DNA from: Acidimicrobiia bacterium
GTDB lineage: Bacteria > Actinomycetota > Acidimicrobiia > Spongiisociales > ZC4RG35
Direction: 5' to 3'
Length of the DNA: 64,000 nt
Assembly: GCA_965215185.1 (NCBI GenBank)
Contig: OZ244034.1
Coordinates: forward strand, 1,184,001-1,248,000
The notes beneath the pieces were generated by a model. The model searched no databases. It was not told where the DNA came from and worked only from the letters and a program-made list of their open reading frames with translations. Below are positions 51,398 through 60,455 of the stretch, one piece after another (position 1 is the stretch's first letter; every line of letters starts with the position of its first letter). Both the position numbers and the translations under genes were made by a program.

Positions 51398-52431
51398 CGA
51401 AACTGGGAAAGTGCTCGGAGGTCGTTGTCAAAGAAGTGCCGCAACGGCGAGACGCCGTGGCGCACCTGCGCGATGCGCTCCACTCCCATGCCAAAAGCGA
51501 AACCGCTCACCTTGGAAGGGTCGTACCCCACCCACTCGAATACGTTGGGATCCACCATGCCGCAACCCAGAAGTTCTATCCATCCCACCCCGCCGCACAC
51601 CCGGCACTCTCCTCCCCCCTCACAGGAGAAACAGGAAGCATGCATCTCCGCCGATGGCTCGGTGAAGGGAAAGAAGTTGGGAAGTAGACGAATACGGCGT
51701 TCCGAGCCGAAAAATTCGCGGGCGAAATAGGCAAGGGTGCCGCGCAGGTCGGAGAAGGTCAGGTTTTCATCCACTGCCAGCCCTTCGATCTGGTGAAATA
51801 CCGGCGAGTGGGTGGCGTCGGGAGTGTCCGCCCTGAATACCTTGCCCGGTACCACCACGTAGACGGGCGGATCGTGGCTTTCCATGTAGCGGGCCTGCAC
51901 TGGCGAGGTGTGGGTACGCAGCAGGACCTCGTCAGCAGGGTCTCCCCAGTCGAGATAGAGGGTATCGGACTCCAGCCTGCTGGGATGGGTAGGAGGGGTG
52001 TTCAGGGCGTCGAAGTTGTAGATACCGGATTCGGCCTCCGGTCCTCCTACCACCTCATAGCCCAATCCGATGAAAATTTCGCACACCTCTTCAATGGTGG
52101 AGGTGATGAGATGGGTGTATCCCTCCGGATACTCAAGGGCCGGCAGAGTGACATCCACCCGGTCCGAAACCAGCATGAGGCGCTCGCTTTGGGCCTCGAG
52201 ATACTCCCTCCGAGTTCTTACCAACTCTTTGACAACCCGCTGCGCCTCCTGAATCGCCCTACCCAACCCAGGACGCTCGGAGGGCGGGAGCTTTCCTATC
52301 CCCCGCTGCAACTCGGCGACCAGCGAGCGTCTGCCCAAGAGATCGGCTTCAACCGCCGCCAACTCGTCCAGGTTGACAGTCCCTTCCACCAAGGCCGGAG
52401 CGTTCTTCACTGCAGTGACAAGTTTTTCCAT
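51394..52431 (-). CDS. pheS: Phenylalanine--tRNA ligase alpha subunit
   Basis: NFDALN, LRTHTSPVQ, FHQIEG, FPFTEPS, GFAFGMGVER. Confidence 0.97.
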   Translation of the reverse strand: MEKLVTAVKNAPALVEGTVNLDELAAVEADLLGRRSLVAELQRGIGKLPPSERPGLGRAIQEAQRVVKELVRTRREYLEAQSERLMLVSDRVDVTLPALEYPEGYTHLITSTIEEVCEIFIGLGYEVVGGPEAESGIYNFDALNTPPTHPSRLESDTLYLDWGDPADEVLLRTHTSPVQARYMESHDPPVYVVVPGKVFRADTPDATHSPVFHQIEGLAVDENLTFSDLRGTLAYFAREFFGSERRIRLLPNFFPFTEPSAEMHASCFSCEGGGECRVCGGVGWIELLGCGMVDPNVFEWVGYDPSKVSGFAFGMGVERIAQVRHGVSPLRHFFDNDLRALSQFR

Positions 52432-52485
52432 TCCGGCTCTATGAGTTTAGAAAGCCCCGCAGGTCGATTCGAAGAGCTTGTTGTC

Positions 52486-53226
52486 CTACTCCGAACGCAA
52501 CCGTGAGAGATGCTGGCAGATGATGCCACCCGCCACAGCCGCATTGAGACTTTCCGTCCCGTTCGACATGGGGATCGAACACCATAGATCGATCTGGGCG
52601 GCGTAGGAAGGGACAATCCCTTCAGATTCGTCGCCGATCATCAGCCACCACCTCCGATCATGATGGAGATGCCCACCCAACTCGGGAAGGAGAACGCCGC
52701 CCCGAGGAACCGCAGCAATCACGAGCGCTTCGTCGGGCGCCTCTTCGGTCTCCCCAATTCCTACCTTGAAATGACCGCCTGCCCCGGCTCGAAGCACCTT
52801 TGGTGCCCAGGGATCAACCGCTTCTGTTCCCATGGCCACATCCCATCCGAAAGCAGCGGCGGTACGGATCAAGGTTCCCCCGTTGCCCGGCTGGGAAACC
52901 AGCAGCCACAGAGTATCCCTGGCTCCCATTTCGGAGCGGGGAATGGTCAACACCGCTATCGGACCCCGGGGGTTCTTGGTGTCGGCGATCCGGGACAGCG
53001 CCTCCTCGCTCAGCAGGGTGAGGGGTACTCCCCGCTCCTCACAGAGTCGGCGGGTGGGCTCGTCTTCGGGCAACGCCAATACCTCCGACACATCACCGCC
53101 GGCGGCCAGCGCTTCGGAGAGAAGGTGGGGACCTTCGAGCAGTGTCTTTCCGGTCTGTTTGCGATGACGGGCCCGATACAACCGGGCCAAATCGGCGATC
53201 CGGGGATTGCGCCGAGAACTAATCAA
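52486..53226 (-). CDS. TrmH/SpoU-family RNA methyltransferase
   Basis: ISSRRNP, PGNGGTLIRTA, GDESEG, IPM..TESLNAAVA. Confidence 0.92.
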   Translation of the reverse strand: MISSRRNPRIADLARLYRARHRKQTGKTLLEGPHLLSEALAAGGDVSEVLALPEDEPTRRLCEERGVPLTLLSEEALSRIADTKNPRGPIAVLTIPRSEMGARDTLWLLVSQPGNGGTLIRTAAAFGWDVAMGTEAVDPWAPKVLRAGAGGHFKVGIGETEEAPDEALVIAAVPRGGVLLPELGGHLHHDRRWWLMIGDESEGIVPSYAAQIDLWCSIPMSNGTESLNAAVAGGIICQHLSRLRSE

Positions 53227-53573
53227 GCCTGTTGGGCGATCTTTACCAACTGCGAGAAGGCGTCCGGATCGTTGACCGCCATTTCAGCCAACATCTTGCG
53301 GTTTATCTCCACTCCGGCCTCGTTCAAACCCGCTACAAACCGCGAGTAGGTCATGCCGTTTTGGCGGGCCGCGGCGTTGATGCGAGTAATCCACAAGCGC
53401 CGAAAGTCGCCTTTGCGGGCGCGACGGTGACTGTAAGAGTCGGCCATGGCATGCATGACCTGCTCATTAGCGGCCTTGAAGGTGCGGCTCTTCGCTCCCC
53501 GATAGCCCTTGGCCCGGGCGACCACTTTGCGGCGGGCGCGATGGGCGGAGGCTGCGTTTGTTGCTCTTGCCAT
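53223..53573 (-). CDS. rplT: 50S ribosomal protein L20
   Basis: AKGYRG, RKGDFRRLWITRINAA, INRKMLA. Confidence 0.98.
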   Translation of the reverse strand: MARATNAASAHRARRKVVARAKGYRGAKSRTFKAANEQVMHAMADSYSHRRARKGDFRRLWITRINAAARQNGMTYSRFVAGLNEAGVEINRKMLAEMAVNDPDAFSQLVKIAQQA

Positions 53574-53585
53574 GATTACCGCCTC

Positions 53586-53780
53586 CTAATTCTTGATCAC
53601 GCGGCGAACGTTTTTCTCGTCACCGGGCGCCAGGGAGCTGGTCCCATCCAGCCGGCGAAAGCGCCTCTTACCCTTGGCCAGCCGGTAATGACCCCTGCCG
53701 GCCTGTCGGCGCATCAGCTTCCCCGAGCCGGTCTTTTTTATTCGTTTGCTGAGACCCCGATGGCTCTTCTGTTTAGGCAC
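53586..53780 (-). CDS. rpmI: 50S ribosomal protein L35
   Basis: MPKQKSHRG..KRIKKTGSGK. Confidence 0.97.
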   Translation of the reverse strand: MPKQKSHRGLSKRIKKTGSGKLMRRQAGRGHYRLAKGKRRFRRLDGTSSLAPGDEKNVRRVIKN

Positions 53781-53824
53781 TGGGTCCTCCTAGGTTGCAT
53801 TCTGACCGAGAGCGACTAGCTCTT

Positions 53825-54370
53825 CTATCTGTGTTTTGTGTTGGGGCTTTGGCTACCCGACCCGTAGTGGACCGGAGCCAGCATCATGGTCATGTTGCGG
53901 CCCTCCATCTTGGGGGCCTGTTCCATAACCCCGTCCTCGCTTACGGCCTCGGCCAGCCGGGACAGTAGTTTTTGGCCGTACTCCGGCCTTTCCCGCTCCC
54001 TTCCACGAAAGCGAACGGTCAGTTTCACCTTGTCTCCACCCGTGAGAAACGAAACGACCTTGCGAGTTTGCATGTTAAAGTCGTGGTCTTCAATCCTGGG
54101 CCGCAGCCGTAGCTCTTTGATTACGGTCCGAGTCTGGCTCTTTCGAGCCGCCCTTTCCTTTATCGAGCGCTCGTACTTGAACCGTCCGTAATCCATCAGC
54201 CGACATACCGGAGGATCCGCCATGGGAGCGACTTCCACCAAATCCATATCCAACTGCTCAGCCAGCCACATGGCCTCTTCTAGCTTCTTTACGCCGATTT
54301 GCGCCCCATCCGGCGCTACCAAACGTACTACAGCAGCCCTGATTGCATCATTTACTCGAAGTTCTGCGAT
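53825..54370 (-). CDS. infC: Translation initiation factor IF-3, non-canonical AUC start
   Basis: DLVEVAP..PPVCRLMDYG, GDKVK..FRGRE; frame extends to ATC at 54370 (IAELRVNDAIR), 6 nt after GGAGGAG. Confidence 0.93.
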   Translation of the reverse strand: MAELRVNDAIRAAVVRLVAPDGAQIGVKKLEEAMWLAEQLDMDLVEVAPMADPPVCRLMDYGRFKYERSIKERAARKSQTRTVIKELRLRPRIEDHDFNMQTRKVVSFLTGGDKVKLTVRFRGRERERPEYGQKLLSRLAEAVSEDGVMEQAPKMEGRNMTMMLAPVHYGSGSQSPNTKHR

Positions 54371-54404
54371 TGTTTTCTCCTCCTGTTCATCAGGTTTTCA
54401 GCCA

Positions 54405-54479
54405 GCAGAAGAGTCCGCTCCCAAGAAACCACAGCGCACCAATAACCGGTGGCCGGGTGGGAAGCAAATCAGCCTCCGC
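54405..54479 (-). ncRNA. Structured leader of infC-rpmI-rplT, possible L20-responsive element
   Basis: GCGGAGG..TTGCTTCCCACC ... TGGGAGCGGA-CTCTTCTGC long hairpin downstream of a TATACT -10 (54499-54504). Confidence 0.45.
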
Positions 54480-54531
54480 TTCGTAATAGCTAGCAACAAG
54501 TATACCTCACCTCAGTGAATCTGCCCAAAGT

Positions 54532-55248
54532 TCACCTGATGTCCGACCGGAGAGCGTCCACCACTGCTCGGGCAGCCTGCGAGCCGGCATTGGATCCCTG
54601 TTTGCTACGTGCCACGGCCTGTTCCCATTCGGAGACTGCCAGCACTGAGTTGCCCACCGGGACACCGGTGTCGACCTGCAATTGGATCAGCCCCTGGACT
54701 GCTCCATCCACCACGGACTGGAAGTGATGGGTTTCTCCTTGCAGAACCACCGCGGTTGCCACCACTCCCTGGCACCCTGCCTGGATCAGCCGGCTAGCAC
54801 CCCAGGGAAGCTCCCAGGCTCCTGCGACATCCAATTGAACGATGTTTTTGGACAAAATCCCCATCTCCTCAAGGGTCTCACGGGCCCCCTGTCCCAAACG
54901 TTCTGCGACCGGGACGCCACCCACTTTGTCATATCTGGCAATCACCAATCCCACTTTTGGTTCTTTTCGAGCCCAGGGCAATACGATCAGCCAACCCAAA
55001 CCGATCAACGAACTGACGAACACCCCCAAGGCCGCCAACACAAACACCAAAAAAAAGCTCCAGCCCAGATTGTCTCTGATGTAGAGCAAGCCCACCAGCC
55101 CGATCGCCGATGTTCCCAGCCAGATGACGGTGATAGAAATAGCAACTCGGCGATAGAGTTCGAAGTTAGGTGATCGTCGATGACCGAAGTTGCTCAGACG
55201 TCTGTAGAGATCAGGATTCGGGGGGAACACGGCCAGAAATGTTAGCAA
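54532..55248 (-). CDS. Lumazine synthase (RibH)-like domain fused to two N-terminal transmembrane helices
   Basis: KVGLVIARY, VAGAWELP, VLQGETHHF, QVDTGVPVGNSVL, QAVARS; preceded in frame by two hydrophobic stretches; true start may be 55261. Confidence 0.8.
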   Translation of the reverse strand: MLTFLAVFPPNPDLYRRLSNFGHRRSPNFELYRRVAISITVIWLGTSAIGLVGLLYIRDNLGWSFFLVFVLAALGVFVSSLIGLGWLIVLPWARKEPKVGLVIARYDKVGGVPVAERLGQGARETLEEMGILSKNIVQLDVAGAWELPWGASRLIQAGCQGVVATAVVLQGETHHFQSVVDGAVQGLIQLQVDTGVPVGNSVLAVSEWEQAVARSKQGSNAGSQAARAVVDALRSDIR

Positions 55249-55268
55249 GATCCTTGCCCATCAGGCTC

Positions 55269-56051
55269 CTAGAGCTTGTGCCACTGCCCCAAAAATCTAT
55301 GTACCCCTTCGGCGTGCTCGGGGCCGGAGGTCAACTCCGTCCAGATCCGCTCGGTCTGCTCACTGTCGGTGACTTGGCCTCCCGCCACCATCCTCATCAT
55401 TTTCTTCATCGCTTGAAGCGACGCCTGCGACATATCGCACACTCGGGCCAAGAGGGCGTCGAACTGCGAATCGAAAGAGTCGGATTCGTAAAGTGCAGAC
55501 AGGAACCCGATGCTCAATGCCCTCTCCGCCCCGAAGACCTCTCCGGTGAACAGCAACCATTTGGCATGGGATTCACCAACCGCGGCCACCAGACTGCGCA
55601 GGGCCGCGTAGGGAAACGCCAGCCCCACCCGTGCGGGAGGGAGACTAAAGCGGGCGCCAGGATCCGCCACCCGTAGATCACAAACCATGGCGAGGGCCGC
55701 GCCCCCACCCATGCAGGCCCCGCGAATGGCAGCCACCGTGGGTTTCTTCATGCGGGACACCGCCGAAATCCCTGCTGACACGGACGCACCATTCTCCACC
55801 CCCGTCCCCCCTTGGGAAAGTCGCTCCGCCCATTCCGACACATCGGCGCCGGCGCAGAAGACCGTGGGACTTTCACCCCTGATGACCATCACCTTGCTGC
55901 GGTCGTCCTGATCCGCCTCTTTGGCCAGATCCGCAAGAACCGACCACATCCCATCGCTGAAAGCGTTCCGTCTCTGCGGGCGGTCGATTATCAGATGGGC
56001 AACCTCACCTTGACGCTTCAGATAGAGGGGTCGGGAACTGCTCACCGCCAA
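55269..56051 (-). CDS. Enoyl-CoA hydratase/isomerase family protein
   Basis: FCAGAD, KPTVAAIRGACMGGG, CDLRVA. Confidence 0.92.
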   Translation of the reverse strand: MAVSSSRPLYLKRQGEVAHLIIDRPQRRNAFSDGMWSVLADLAKEADQDDRSKVMVIRGESPTVFCAGADVSEWAERLSQGGTGVENGASVSAGISAVSRMKKPTVAAIRGACMGGGAALAMVCDLRVADPGARFSLPPARVGLAFPYAALRSLVAAVGESHAKWLLFTGEVFGAERALSIGFLSALYESDSFDSQFDALLARVCDMSQASLQAMKKMMRMVAGGQVTDSEQTERIWTELTSGPEHAEGVHRFLGQWHKL

Positions 56052-56058
56052 TCGATAG

Positions 56059-56634
56059 TCACTGGCGGGGCACTCGGCCCAACAAATAGAACTCGGGGTT
56101 GGGCATCATATGGCCAAGGTGGGCCAGCCGGTTGGACATCGCGAAGAAAGCGGTGATTGCACCCATGTCCCAGATGTCGTCGTCGGCGAAACCTTCCTGA
56201 TACAGCGGATCGTAGTCGGCGTCTTCTATCTCTTCTGGCGTGCGAGCCAGCTTGACGGTGAACCGGAGCATGGCGCGTTGTCGACGCGAAACGGGCGCCG
56301 TCCTCCAGTTAGCGGCGATCTGATCGGCCAGTAACGGATCGCCAGAACGAATGCGGAGAATCGCCCCGTGAGCCACTATGCAATAGGGGCACTGGTTGAC
56401 GGCGCTGGTGGCCACCACGATCATCTCCCGTTCCGCCTTCGACAACCCACTTTCGCCCTCCATCAGGGCGTCGTGATAGGAGAAAAAAGCCCTGGCTTCA
56501 TCCGGCCTGTGTCCCAAAGCCAGCATCACATTGGGTGTGAAACCCAACTTAGAGTAAACAAATTCCGCTCGTTGGCGGAGATCATCCGGCAACTCTGAGA
56601 TCGTGGACATTGGGAACCGGGAATTGTCAGTCAT
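56059..56634 (-). CDS. Peroxidase-related AhpD/CMD-family protein
   Basis: GFTPNV, EREMIVVATSAVNQCPYCIVAHGA, MSNR, PNPEFY. Confidence 0.92.
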   Translation of the reverse strand: MTDNSRFPMSTISELPDDLRQRAEFVYSKLGFTPNVMLALGHRPDEARAFFSYHDALMEGESGLSKAEREMIVVATSAVNQCPYCIVAHGAILRIRSGDPLLADQIAANWRTAPVSRRQRAMLRFTVKLARTPEEIEDADYDPLYQEGFADDDIWDMGAITAFFAMSNRLAHLGHMMPNPEFYLLGRVPRQ

Positions 56635-56738
56635 TACGGCCCCTTTGAGTGCGCTCAACTCTGTGGCCAGTTTTTAACACCGACCCCTGATTATCTATTC
56701 TATGCCCCGTAGGCAACCCCCAACTCAAGGAAAGTCAT

Positions 56739-58163
56739 ATGACCACTCCAGCAGAGGTGTCAGCACTCGCCGAGAAGTACGAGTTCGTTGATCTTCGTTT
56801 TCCGGATCTCCCGGGAAAGATGCATCATTTCACAATGCCGTCCAGCGCCCTCACCGAGGCCTCCTTTGAGGAAGGATTCGGGTTCGATGGCTCGTCCATC
56901 CGAGGATTTCAATCTATTGATGAGTCGGACATGCTGCTCATCCCGGACCCTACCACCGCCTATGAAGATCCTTTCTTCGTACGCCCCACCCTCAATCTGA
57001 ACTGTTTCATCAAAGATCCCATCACCGGTGATTGGTACCACAAGGATCCGCGGCGCGTGGCCCGCAACGCCGAGGAATACCTGCTCTCCACTGGGATAGC
57101 CGACGATTCCTACTGGGGACCGGAAGCCGAGTTCTTTATCTTTGACTCCGCCCGGTTCTCCCAAGTGGGCCACCACACCAACATGTCTTTTTACGAGGTG
57201 GATTCCGGCGAAGCCGCGTGGAACTCGGCGAGGCATGAAGATGGAGGCAACCTCGGCCACAAGATGCGCCTCAAGGAGGGCTACTACCCGGTTCCCCCCA
57301 ACGACACTCTGCAGGACATCCGTTCGGAGATGGTTGCCCAGATGCTCAGGGTGGGGATCCCCGTCGAGATCCATCACCACGAGGTAGGAACCGCCGGACA
57401 GGCGGAGATCGACATCCGCTATGCGCCCCTTCTCCTGCAAGCGGATCGCGTGATGACCTACAAGTACATCTGCAAGAACGTGGCCAAGCAGGCCGGCAAG
57501 ACCGTGACCTTTATGCCCAAGCCGATCTTCGCTGACAACGGCTCCGGGATGCACACCCACCAGAGCCTTTGGAAGGACGGCAAGCCGCTCTTTTTCGAAG
57601 AGGGCAAATATGCTAATCTATCCGATATGGCCCGCTGGTATGCCGGGGGCCTGATCGCCCACGCTGCGGCCATTTTGGCCTTCGCTGCGCCAGGAACCAA
57701 CTCCTATCGGAGATTGGTGCCCGGATTCGAGGCGCCGGTCAATCTCGTCTACAGCCAGCGCAATCGCTCGGCAGCGATTCGCATTCCCACCTATTCGGAA
57801 GCCCCCTCCGCCAAGCGGCTGGAGTTCCGGTGCCCCGATCCGTCCTGCAACCCCTACTACGCCTTCGCTGCCATGCTGATGGCGGGACTGGACGGGATTC
57901 GTAATCGCACCGAACCGGGCGATCCAGTGGATGTGGACCTATACGAGTTGAGCCCTGAGGAGGCGGCCGGTCTGAACACCGTTCCCTCCAGTCTGGAGGA
58001 GGCTTTGGATGCCCTGGAGGCGGACCACGACTTCCTCACCGAGGGAAACGTGTTCTCCGATGAGTTGATCCACACCTGGATCTCCTACAAGCGGGATAAC
58101 GAGGCCAGCCTGGTCCGGCGTCACCCCACCCCTGTGGAGTACGAGCTCTACTACGACATCTAA
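56739..58163 (+). CDS. glnA: Glutamine synthetase type I
   Basis: FDGSSI, GPEAEFF, HHHEV, FMPKP..DNGSGMH, NSYRRL, RNRSA, DLY adenylylation-loop tyrosine. Confidence 0.97.
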   Translation: MTTPAEVSALAEKYEFVDLRFPDLPGKMHHFTMPSSALTEASFEEGFGFDGSSIRGFQSIDESDMLLIPDPTTAYEDPFFVRPTLNLNCFIKDPITGDWYHKDPRRVARNAEEYLLSTGIADDSYWGPEAEFFIFDSARFSQVGHHTNMSFYEVDSGEAAWNSARHEDGGNLGHKMRLKEGYYPVPPNDTLQDIRSEMVAQMLRVGIPVEIHHHEVGTAGQAEIDIRYAPLLLQADRVMTYKYICKNVAKQAGKTVTFMPKPIFADNGSGMHTHQSLWKDGKPLFFEEGKYANLSDMARWYAGGLIAHAAAILAFAAPGTNSYRRLVPGFEAPVNLVYSQRNRSAAIRIPTYSEAPSAKRLEFRCPDPSCNPYYAFAAMLMAGLDGIRNRTEPGDPVDVDLYELSPEEAAGLNTVPSSLEEALDALEADHDFLTEGNVFSDELIHTWISYKRDNEASLVRRHPTPVEYELYYDI

Positions 58164-58182
58164 ACCGCCCACCCTCCTAACG

Positions 58183-58222
58183 AAAAAGGACGCCTCTCCC
58201 CAAGTGGGAGGGTGTCCTTTTT
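58183..58222. terminator. Bidirectional intrinsic terminator between glnA and tRNA-Arg
   Basis: AAAAAGGACGCCTCTCCC-loop-GGGAGGGTGTCCTTTTT. Confidence 0.8.
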
Positions 58223-58269
58223 CTTCCACCACCCAACAGCGCGGCTCCCATCAGCCGGTCGGACCGCAG

Positions 58270-58341
58270 CGCCCTCGGCAGGACTCGAACCTGCGCACCC
58301 GGTTCCGGAAACCGGTGCTCTGTCCCCTGAGCTACGAGGGC
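58270..58341 (-). tRNA. tRNA-Arg(CCG)
   Basis: GCCCTCG acceptor stem, TAGCTCAG, CCGGT-TTCCGGA-ACCGG anticodon arm, GGTTCGAGTCC. Confidence 0.95.
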
Positions 58342-58412
58342 AAAATGAAGGTTCCCCCAAGGCTAGCCCCGAGAAACACCCACCCGATCCGAAAAACAAT
58401 CCCCGCAAATGG

Positions 58413-58441
58413 TTGACAAATTGATTCGCGCACCCTAGTCT
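58413..58441 (+). promoter_or_regulatory. Putative sigma-70-type promoter of whiB
   Basis: TTGACA-N17-TAGTCT. Confidence 0.7.
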
Positions 58442-58476
58442 TTTTTTTCAATGGCCTTTTGGCTATGGCAGTATTT

Positions 58477-58492
58477 TGTGAAAGTGTTCACA
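58477..58492. promoter_or_regulatory. Consensus CRP-family binding box
   Basis: TGTGA-AAGTGT-TCACA in AT-rich flanks. Confidence 0.75.
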
Positions 58493-58515
58493 ATCGTAAA
58501 CCCGGAGAAGATTTC

Positions 58516-58794
58516 TTGATCACCACCACCATCATCGACTGGAGAGACTTGGCCGCTTGCCTCGACTCCGATCCCCTCCTATTTTTCCCGGTCGGCAGCA
58601 CCGGCCCCGCCGTTGAGCAGATCGCCATGGCGACTTCCATCTGCACCTCGTGCCAGGTAAAGGAAGAATGCCTGCAATACGCTCTGGAGACGAACCAAGA
58701 GTCAGGTGTCTGGGGTGGCCACTCGGAAGAGGATCGTCGCAGACTGCGCAAGCGTTGGCTGGCCAAGCGCCGCCGTCGTTATTTGGCGGGTTAA
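58516..58794 (+). CDS. whiB: WhiB-family Fe-S transcriptional regulator (WhiB1-like)
   Basis: DWRDLAAC..DP..FFP, CTSCQVKEECL, GVWGG, basic tail; TTG start after GGAG. Confidence 0.93.
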   Translation: MITTTIIDWRDLAACLDSDPLLFFPVGSTGPAVEQIAMATSICTSCQVKEECLQYALETNQESGVWGGHSEEDRRRLRKRWLAKRRRRYLAG

Positions 58795-59021
58795 CTCCCC
58801 GCAGCGAAACCCACTCCCGAACGACCCCCGGAGCTTTCAAACTCTACGAAGGCCAACATGTCGCGCGGGATGCCGATCTGGGTTCCGTCGGCATCTTCTA
58901 ACCACACGATGGGCCGCGCGTTCAGAAACATCTCCTCAATGGCCGAACGCACCTGCTCGATGTCGCGACTCTCGATCTCTACCACCCGGTTGGTGTGGGC
59001 AATTGCGATCTTGACTTTCAT
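58791..59021 (-). CDS. DUF3107-family small protein
   Basis: MKVKIAI..RVVEIE, LEDADG, LAFVE, VGF tail. Confidence 0.8.
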   Translation of the reverse strand: MKVKIAIAHTNRVVEIESRDIEQVRSAIEEMFLNARPIVWLEDADGTQIGIPRDMLAFVEFESSGGRSGVGFAAGS

Positions 59022-59142
59022 CCTTGGGGCTCCCCGCTGTCAGCGCCCGTCCGATGCTACCAGTTGAAAAACCATTGTGAGTCGCGAAATCTCTCGCCCG
59101 CTGAGAGTAGACAGGCCATGGCGAACCGGAACATGCTGAGAC

Positions 59143-59968
59143 ATGATCAATAAGCTCTCCCCCGCTGCCAGGCTCTTCGGACTCCTGGCACTTTCCAGCG
59201 CCATCACGCTTGCTCTGCATCGGATGGAAGATGCGCCTTGGCTCTCGGTCGACTGGTCCAACCTCCGATAGTGGCTCGACACCACTCCGCCCCTTGAACC
59301 TGGGCTCTTGTCGGCAGTCCGGGTGGTGGGCCTGGGCTGTGGGTGGTGGATTATCCTCTCCACCTGCCTGTATCTGACCGCCCGGCTGTCCCGACAGGCT
59401 TCTGCCCTGCGGCTGGCCACTCCTTTCACGCTTCCGTTCGTCCGCAGGCTTGGGGCTCGGGTGGTGGTGGGGGCCGTAGCGTTCTCGACCCTGGGTGGCT
59501 CCCTTCCGACCTTGGCCGCCAGCGATCAACCGCTTGTTGACGGACAATTGGATTCCTACCCTGTACCCCTGGTTGTCCCACACTTTTCTTTGGTCGCGTC
59601 CCAAGACAAAAGGCACCCATCTGATAGCGTTTTCCTCCCCATCTCGGGTGTCAAACTGCAGGATCAGACCCGTCTGGCGGCGGGGAACCCCGCCCACCCA
59701 GCCGAGCCGAGCGGGGGTGGCGTCGGCCTGGCACTCAGCAGTCCGATCAGGCCTGGGGAGGAATATCGCATCCTAAATGGCGACCATCTGTGGAGTATCG
59801 CTGACCGGAGCCTCTCTCAATCCATGCCGCATCCCCCCACCCCTCAACAGACCGCTTCCTACTGGATGGACCTGATCGACACCAACCGGGAAGCGATCCG
59901 TTCCCAAGACCCTAACCTACGTATACCCAGATGAGATCATCCTCCTCCCCGAAATCAGAGAAGTCTGA
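59143..59968 (+). pseudogene. Membrane-anchored LysM-like protein with in-frame stop and frameshift
   Basis: ATG 59143; TAG 59269-59271 in frame; YRILNGDHLWSIA..N...DPNL then +1 shift to VYPDEIILLP, stop 59968. Confidence 0.72.
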
Positions 59969-60042
59969 TCAGAAACTGGAGGCAAACCAAGCAATATGTC
60001 GTCAAAGTGGCCGACGGCCACATGATTACATCGGGACTCTGG

Positions 60043-60447
60043 CTAGCCCGGAATGTAGCTCAACCTCACCCTTCTCACCGGATTCTCCCGGTTGGGATCA
60101 ACCAATACAATCGACTGCCAGACACCCAACGCCGGACGTCCATCCAACACCGGGAGTACCAGGCTGGGAGAGACCAAAGCCGGCATGACATGATCTGCAC
60201 CGTGGCCAGGCAATCCATGCCGGTGAACCCAGTCGCCATGACGTGGAAGTATCCCTTCCATCGCGGCAATCAAATCCCGGTCACTGCCCGACCCCACCTC
60301 GATCAACGCAAGGCCGCAGGTGGAATGAGGGGTGAACACCGATACCAGACCATCTCCCCTCGACCGGCAGAAGTCCAGCACCTGCGAAGTCACGTCGGCC
60401 ACCGCCGACCGCCTGCCGGTGTGGATTTCTATCAGTCGAGTGTCCAC
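60043..60447 (-). CDS. YjbQ/UPF0047 family protein
   Basis: PHSTCGL, HRHG..GHGADH, LGVWQSI. Confidence 0.9.
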   Translation of the reverse strand: MDTRLIEIHTGRRSAVADVTSQVLDFCRSRGDGLVSVFTPHSTCGLALIEVGSGSDRDLIAAMEGILPRHGDWVHRHGLPGHGADHVMPALVSPSLVLPVLDGRPALGVWQSIVLVDPNRENPVRRVRLSYIPG

Positions 60448-60455
60448 AACCGGAT

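Noticed and set aside
38167-59271. Amber (TAG) recoding, suggested by in-frame TAGs in the SRPBCC and LysM genes
   Set aside because: TAG is the normal terminator of intact genes here (11558, 25598, 29310, 43651, 44749) and no pyl genes or suppressor tRNA are visible
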